64,000 bases of DNA from Chromatiales bacterium (GTDB taxonomy: Bacteria > Pseudomonadota > Gammaproteobacteria > Chromatiales > Chromatiaceae), in the NCBI GenBank assembly GCA_022360905.1, contig JAKSBX010000065.1, positions 24,148 through 88,147 on the forward strand. Reading direction: 5' to 3'. Of this stretch, positions 58,525 through 64,000 are shown piece after piece. The notes below the pieces were generated by a model that saw only the letters and a list, made by a program, of their open reading frames with translations, made no database searches and was not told where the DNA came from. The position numbers and the translations under genes were made by a program. Every line of letters begins with the position of its first letter. Position 1 is the stretch's first letter.

Positions 58525-60750
58525 ATGGGTAACAGATTTAACAGATTTTCGGTAGTTTTGCTGTCAGCCGGTCTGACAATGCTACTGGCTTCCTGCGCCC
58601 AACAACCCAAGGTGGATGATTCTGCTGAAAGTGACGGCATAACCTTCATCGGCCAGCAGCGTCCCGAACTGCCCGCCACAGGCGCTGACGAGCAGAATGA
58701 GCTGGTGCTTTCCCAAGAGGTGAAACGGGAACCGGAGTTCTTTGTCCGTGAGGGCAGTGGTGAGTTCATCAACCGAAAGGCTCAGGCGAAGAGTCAGAGC
58801 CAACCGGCCAAAGGGGACATCACGCTGAATTTCGAGGCGGTCGATCTGCGGGAAGTGGTGAAGGTTATCTTCGAAGAGATTTTACGGGAAAACTATCTGA
58901 TCGACGACAAGGTTCAGGGAAAAGTCACTATCCACACCACCTATCCAGTCAGTACGGAAGCCGTATTGCCGATCTTGGAGAACATCCTGCAGATGAACGG
59001 TGCGGTGATGGTTCGTAACGGTGCACTCTACAAGATTCTTCCGGCAGCGGATCTGAAAGGTATGGCACTGAAACCCTCGGTAGGCCAGGGCCAGGCAAAA
59101 ATGCGCGCCGGTCAGGGTGTACAGATCGTTCCGCTGAAATACATCTCTGCCGTGGAGATGAAAAAGATTCTTGAATCGTTCACCACGAAATCCGAACAGA
59201 TTCGTATCGACCCGGGCAGAAACCTGATGATCCTCAGTGGTTCCTATCAGAAGATCAACAATCTGCTGCAAACCGTCAAGATGTTCGATGTGGATTGGTT
59301 GAGCGGGATGTCCTTTGGCCTGATCCCTCTGAAATACACCGATGCGAAGACGCTCACCGATGAGTTGAAACATATTCTTGGTGATGGGGATGCCTCACCC
59401 CTGGGTAACATGATCAAGTTGATCCCAGTTGAACGACTGGGTGCGGTGATGGTGATCAGTCAGCAGCCTAGGTATATCGACGAGGCGCGCCGCCTGATTG
59501 CTCAATTCGATCAGGGTAGTGACAAGTCCCCTGACCGCCGGCTCTATGTTCATCATCTGAAAAATGGCAAAGCGGAAAATATCGCCGCGATCCTGCAGAG
59601 CATATTCGGTAATGAAGTGGCGGCGACCGAGTCAACCGGGCCCCTCAGCAGCAGTGATCCGTTGCTGCGTTCCAATGTGCGGTCACCGACAACCACCGGT
59701 ATCGATCTGAAAAACAGCAATGCGGACCGGGAAGCCGCGCTGACCAAGGATCAGCCAACACTTGCTGCTGCTGATGATCCATCGGCTGATCGGTCTGAGA
59801 CCACGACGCCAGGTGGCGGAGCCGCCTCGACGGCGACCATTATTGCTGATCCTGACAACAACGCGATCCTGGTGATGGCCAGTCCCAAGGACTATCAGAA
59901 GATCAAAGCAACCATCAACCGACTCGATGTGGCGCCCAAACAGGTGATGATCGAGGCGACCATCGCCGAAGTGCAACTGTCCGACAATCTCAGCTATGGT
60001 GTGCGCTGGTTCTTCAACGGTTCCACCGGTGGTGGGCGTCCTTACCAGGGTGGATTGGGCTCGCCACTGCCCGACAGTGTCGGTGGTGACGGATTTGCTC
60101 TGGGTCTGTTCAACAGCCTGGATGATCTGAAGGTGTTTTTCGACATTCTGGAGAATGAGTCTTCAGTGAAATTTCTCTCCGCACCGCAGATTATGGTGAT
60201 CGACAACCAGACCGCCAGTTTCAGGGTCGGCGATCAGATTCCGATCGTTACCCGCTCTTCGCAGAGCACCACAGACCCTAATGCGCCGATCGTCTCTGAG
60301 GTCCAGTTCCGGGATACCGGTACCCTGTTGCAGATCACACCCCGTATCAACGAGGGCGGCATGGTCACCCTGGAGGTCAGTCAGGAGGTGAGCACACCTG
60401 GCTCGGCACCGGCGATCGGCGGTGGCGGCAATGTGGCAATTTCACAACGTACAATTGAGAGTACGGTGGTGGTTCACGACGGCCAAACCGTGGTGCTTGG
60501 TGGTTTGATCAGAGAGAACACCAGCAATGGCCAGGCCGGAATTCCCGGTCTGATGCACATCCCACTGCTTGGCAGTCTGTTCAGCAGTACAACAAAGGAT
60601 GTCAGTCGAACCGAGCTGATTATCACGCTTACGCCAAAAGTGGTGCGAAATCCGCAGGAAGCCTTCGATATCTCCCAGGAACTGAGAGAGAAGATCAAAG
60701 AAGCCACACTGTTTCAGGATGACTTCAACCGGCGACGTGCAGTCCGTTGA
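58525..60750 (+). CDS. gspD: Type II secretion secretin GspD with lipoprotein signal
   Basis: TLNFEAVDLREVV N0 domain, LDVAPKQVMIEATIAEV, ISQRTIESTV, GQTVVLGGLI; LLASC lipobox. The track ORF starts at 58507. Confidence 0.95.
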   Translation: MGNRFNRFSVVLLSAGLTMLLASCAQQPKVDDSAESDGITFIGQQRPELPATGADEQNELVLSQEVKREPEFFVREGSGEFINRKAQAKSQSQPAKGDITLNFEAVDLREVVKVIFEEILRENYLIDDKVQGKVTIHTTYPVSTEAVLPILENILQMNGAVMVRNGALYKILPAADLKGMALKPSVGQGQAKMRAGQGVQIVPLKYISAVEMKKILESFTTKSEQIRIDPGRNLMILSGSYQKINNLLQTVKMFDVDWLSGMSFGLIPLKYTDAKTLTDELKHILGDGDASPLGNMIKLIPVERLGAVMVISQQPRYIDEARRLIAQFDQGSDKSPDRRLYVHHLKNGKAENIAAILQSIFGNEVAATESTGPLSSSDPLLRSNVRSPTTTGIDLKNSNADREAALTKDQPTLAAADDPSADRSETTTPGGGAASTATIIADPDNNAILVMASPKDYQKIKATINRLDVAPKQVMIEATIAEVQLSDNLSYGVRWFFNGSTGGGRPYQGGLGSPLPDSVGGDGFALGLFNSLDDLKVFFDILENESSVKFLSAPQIMVIDNQTASFRVGDQIPIVTRSSQSTTDPNAPIVSEVQFRDTGTLLQITPRINEGGMVTLEVSQEVSTPGSAPAIGGGGNVAISQRTIESTVVVHDGQTVVLGGLIRENTSNGQAGIPGLMHIPLLGSLFSSTTKDVSRTELIITLTPKVVRNPQEAFDISQELREKIKEATLFQDDFNRRRAVR

Positions 60751-60816
60751 GCACGATCCAGGAATAGGGCTCAGCAATTTAAAATGCTAGTCTGTTCATT
60801 ACTTTGGTTAGGATTC

Positions 60817-60929
60817 AGGGAAGCTCTGATCGATTCACTTTCGTCATCCCGGCGAATGCCGAGATTCAGGATAACTAAGCACATGGATTCCGGTATCCAC
60901 AGGAATGACGGATTAATCAGAAGTTCCTT
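60817..60929. repeat. REP/MITE-like palindromic element, copy 2, between gspD and gspE
   Basis: Imperfect terminal inverted repeats AGGGAAGCTCTGATCGATT / GATTAATCAGAAGTTCCTT enclose CGTCATCCCGGCGAATGCC...GGAATGACG. Confidence 0.7.
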
Positions 60930-61076
60930 AGCAAATACCCACTGCTGATCTGTCGTGATTTCTACTGTCTACCGTTTGTAATGTGGCGCTCAAGGATCCA
61001 ACTCATTGTTACGCTACACTAGATTGTAGCGATACAATGGGTATGAAACTTTCTGCAGTTCGAAGACAGGCACGGG

Positions 61077-62825
61077 ATGAATACAACGAGTCGCAGCATC
61101 AATAACGAAACCCTTTCGGCAGAAGATCCTGATCAACTGGAACCGGTCTATACCAGCCAGCCCATCTGCGTTGCACTGGTGGCTTCCGGACGTCTGGGAG
61201 TAGCCGAAGCGGATCGGGCGGTACGACTCAAGCAGAGCCAGCAAAGCGACGAGTCGATCGGCAATATTCTGCTGCAACTGGGCCTGATATCAGATCGTGA
61301 TCTGGCCCAGGCCCTGGTGGATATCTGTGGTGTGCCTCTGGCCGAACGGAAAGACTACCCGGATCTGGCCCATCTCAGTGAGAACATCTCTGCTAATTTC
61401 CTCAAACAGCACCGACTGGTGGTGTTCGACGATCAGCAAGAGCATATTCTGGCGATCATGGTCGATCCCAGTGACCGCTTCGTTGTAGAAGCCCTGGAGT
61501 TGATCAGTGGTAAATCGGTGAAGTTGCTCACCGGTATCGCCAGTGAGATCGATGAGACCATCCAGGAGCATTTTAATGAACTGCAGAAGAGCAGTTCCGC
61601 CGAGGAAGGGGAGGGTCTGGAGCACCAGCTGCTGCTGGATGATGTTGAACAGCTCAAAGAGCTGGCCAGTGAGGCACCGGTCATCAAGATGGTCAACCAG
61701 ATCATTCAAAGAGCGGTCTCCAGCAAAGCCTCGGATATCCACATCGAACCCTTCGAGCAGGTGCTGAAGATCCGCTATCGGGTCGATGGTCTGTTGCGCG
61801 AGACAGAACACCCATCGATCAATATGGCACCGGCCCTGATCTCCCGCATCAAGATCATGGCCCATCTGAATATCGCCGAGCGCCGTCTGCCCCAGGATGG
61901 GCGATTCAAGATCCGCGTGCATGGCGCCACCCTCGATTTGCGTGTCTCCACCGTACCGACACTGCATGGTGAGAGCATGGTGCTCAGACTATTGCAAAGG
62001 GATGAACTGAATCTGGACTTCGCCAGTCTTGGTTTTGAAAGTGCCACCGAACAGCGTCTGCTGGAGATTCTCGACCGACCCCACGGTATCGTCGTGGTCA
62101 CCGGACCCACCGGCAGCGGTAAAACTACTTCACTGTATGCCGCGCTGAACTATCTCAACCGCCCTGAACGAAAGATCCTCACGGTCGAGGATCCGGTCGA
62201 ATACAACATCGAGGGGGTCAACCAGATCCAGGTGAAATCGAGTATTGGGCTGGGCTTCAGTGAGGCTTTGCGATCCATCGTAAGACAGGATCCGGATGTC
62301 ATCATGATCGGTGAGATCCGTGATCAGGAGACCGCCAAGATTGCCGTGCAGTCGGCCCTTACCGGCCACCTTGTACTTTCATCCCTGCACACCAACGATG
62401 CCGCCGGCAGTATCACCCGGTTTCTCGATATGGGCATCGAAGCGTTTCTGCTTACCTCGACCGTGAATGCGGTTGTCGCACAAAGATTGGTGCGCAATCT
62501 ATGCCCTCACTGTAAACAGTCCTATACACCGCCCGCAGAGGTTCTTGCCCGCTTTTCTGCTCTCCAGGAGAACCCCGACTTATACAAGGCGGTCGGCTGT
62601 GATCAATGCGGCGGCAGCGGCTACCGTGGGCGAAGTGCGATCATCGAGATGATCGAGCTGAGCGAAGCGATGCAGTCTCTGATACTGCAAGGCAAAGATA
62701 AACACGCCCTGGCAGCCTGTGCCAAGCAGGAAGGGGCAAAATCGATGTATGAGGACGGCCTGTTTAAAGTGGCACGAGGCATTACCACGCTGGAAGAAGT
62801 ATTAAGAGTCACCCAGGAGAGCTGA
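61077..62825 (+). CDS. gspE: Type II secretion ATPase GspE
   Basis: ASDIHIEP, AERRLPQDG, TGPTGSGKTT, TVEDPVEY, RQDPDVIMIGEIRD, CxxC...CxxC. Confidence 0.96.
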   Translation: MNTTSRSINNETLSAEDPDQLEPVYTSQPICVALVASGRLGVAEADRAVRLKQSQQSDESIGNILLQLGLISDRDLAQALVDICGVPLAERKDYPDLAHLSENISANFLKQHRLVVFDDQQEHILAIMVDPSDRFVVEALELISGKSVKLLTGIASEIDETIQEHFNELQKSSSAEEGEGLEHQLLLDDVEQLKELASEAPVIKMVNQIIQRAVSSKASDIHIEPFEQVLKIRYRVDGLLRETEHPSINMAPALISRIKIMAHLNIAERRLPQDGRFKIRVHGATLDLRVSTVPTLHGESMVLRLLQRDELNLDFASLGFESATEQRLLEILDRPHGIVVVTGPTGSGKTTSLYAALNYLNRPERKILTVEDPVEYNIEGVNQIQVKSSIGLGFSEALRSIVRQDPDVIMIGEIRDQETAKIAVQSALTGHLVLSSLHTNDAAGSITRFLDMGIEAFLLTSTVNAVVAQRLVRNLCPHCKQSYTPPAEVLARFSALQENPDLYKAVGCDQCGGSGYRGRSAIIEMIELSEAMQSLILQGKDKHALAACAKQEGAKSMYEDGLFKVARGITTLEEVLRVTQES

Positions 62826-64000
62826 TGGCCTCTTTTCTCTATAAAGCAGTTTCATCGGATGGTGAGATCATTGAAGGGGTGCTCGAAGCGGTAAGCCGCG
62901 AACATGCGGTGAACCAGATACACCTCAATGGTCAGGTGCCGATTCGCATTGAAGAGAGTCAGCAGAAAACCCATACAACATCCCGCAGGTTATTCAAACG
63001 CAAAAAGATAGCCCAGGGTCAGATAGTCGCGTTTACCCGTGAACTGGCGACACTGCTGCACTCCGGACAACCCCTTGATTCGGCGCTTGGCATACTGGTC
63101 TCGATTTCCGGAGACGACTCCCTGTTCAGCCAGCACCTGATGAGTATTCGCGACAGCCTGAAGAGCGGTCACTCGTTTGCCGACGCCCTGGCCAAGGAGG
63201 AGGGGGTATTCAGTAACTTCTATATTCAGATGGTACGCGCCGGCGAGGCGGGTGGTGCTTTGGAGAGCGTGCTCTCACGACTCTCGATTCATCTGGAACA
63301 GGCTCAGGAGGTCAGAAGTTCACTGATTTCGGCACTGATCTATCCGGCAATCCTGTTGTTTGTCGCCATCACCTCAATCCTGATCCTCCTGACGTATGTG
63401 ATTCCCCAGTTTAGCGAGCTGTTCATGGACATGGGAGAGGCGTTGCCTCTCTCCACCCAGATTACCATGGGTCTGGCGACGTTTCTGCAGGATTATGGCT
63501 GGGTGCTGGCGCTGGTGGTAATCCTGGTGATTCTCTTTTTCAAGTGGCAGATGAGCCATAAACGGTCGGCAAAACGATGGCACGGGCGGTTACTCAACCT
63601 GGTGGTGATCGGACCGATCGTCAAACAGGTGGAAGCGGCCCGTTTCTGTCGAACCCTGGGCACCCTTTTGGAAAATGGCGTACCTCTGCTGAAATCCGTG
63701 GCGATCGTCAAGGATACCATCGGCAACTTCGTCATTGCCGATGGGATGGATCAGGTCATCAAGCATCTACGCTCCGGCCACAGGCTGGCCGATCCGCTGG
63801 CCGAGTATGCTCAGTTTCCACAGTTTGCCCTGCAGATGATCCGGGTTGGCGAAGAGTCCGGCCAACTGGAGCCGATGTTGATGCAAACCGCAGAGATCCT
63901 CGATATGGAGACTCAGACTTTGATCAAAAGAGCGCTCAGTCTGGTAGAACCGGTGATGATTCTGGTGCTTGGCCTGATCATCGCCGGTGTGGTGATGTCC
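62825..64000 (+). CDS. gspF: Type II secretion inner-membrane protein GspF (3'-truncated by window, not in ORF track)
   Basis: ATG overlaps the gspE stop; MASFLYKAVSSDGEIIEG...FTRELATLLHSG...AGEAGGALE...LIYP...LGTLLENGV...VGEESGQLE. Confidence 0.93.
   Translation, partial: MASFLYKAVSSDGEIIEGVLEAVSREHAVNQIHLNGQVPIRIEESQQKTHTTSRRLFKRKKIAQGQIVAFTRELATLLHSGQPLDSALGILVSISGDDSLFSQHLMSIRDSLKSGHSFADALAKEEGVFSNFYIQMVRAGEAGGALESVLSRLSIHLEQAQEVRSSLISALIYPAILLFVAITSILILLTYVIPQFSELFMDMGEALPLSTQITMGLATFLQDYGWVLALVVILVILFFKWQMSHKRSAKRWHGRLLNLVVIGPIVKQVEAARFCRTLGTLLENGVPLLKSVAIVKDTIGNFVIADGMDQVIKHLRSGHRLADPLAEYAQFPQFALQMIRVGEESGQLEPMLMQTAEILDMETQTLIKRALSLVEPVMILVLGLIIAGVVMS

Overview
Gammaproteobacterial chromosomal window. 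Gene content and order suggest a Chromatiales/Sedimenticolaceae-type organism, which is an inference. Positions 1-21249 are mostly core genes: a partial LVIVD-repeat protein, an EF-G paralog, a complete System I cytochrome c maturation operon ccmABCDEFGHI (ccmD is missing from the ORF track), a Rieske ferredoxin with a TrpD/YbiB-like gene, and lolC/E-lolD, comEC-exbBD-lpxK-ycaR-kdsB. After kdsB an AT-rich spacer opens an accessory region of about 23 kb, the highlight of the window. It holds a 2013-aa secreted beta-helix/Ig protein, three tandem two-domain multicopper-oxidase (MCO) paralogs, a hypothetical protein, a GlyGly-CTERM Calx-beta surface protein, an SCO copper chaperone and a cytochrome c fused to a periplasmic binding domain. 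No single MCO has a complete copper site. MCO-A domain 1 has the type 1 site plus 4 trinuclear-cluster His, MCO-B domain 2 has the other 4 His, and MCO-C has lost nearly all ligands and carries an Ig-like stalk. This points to an obligate heteromeric, ceruloplasmin-like oxidase split over three genes. The locus is bracketed by a similarly complementary kinase pair (a sensorless intact kinase and a membrane sensor with a degenerate ATPase domain) and a NarL-type regulator. The rest encodes HtrA, an RND pump, hydrolases, class I aldolase, SDR/AraC, an S8 protease with Calx-beta repeats and, divergently, the start of a type II secretion cluster (liposecretin gspD, gspE, gspF). Two copies of a small REP/MITE-like element are present. 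No tRNA, rRNA, CRISPR array, integrase or transposase was seen.
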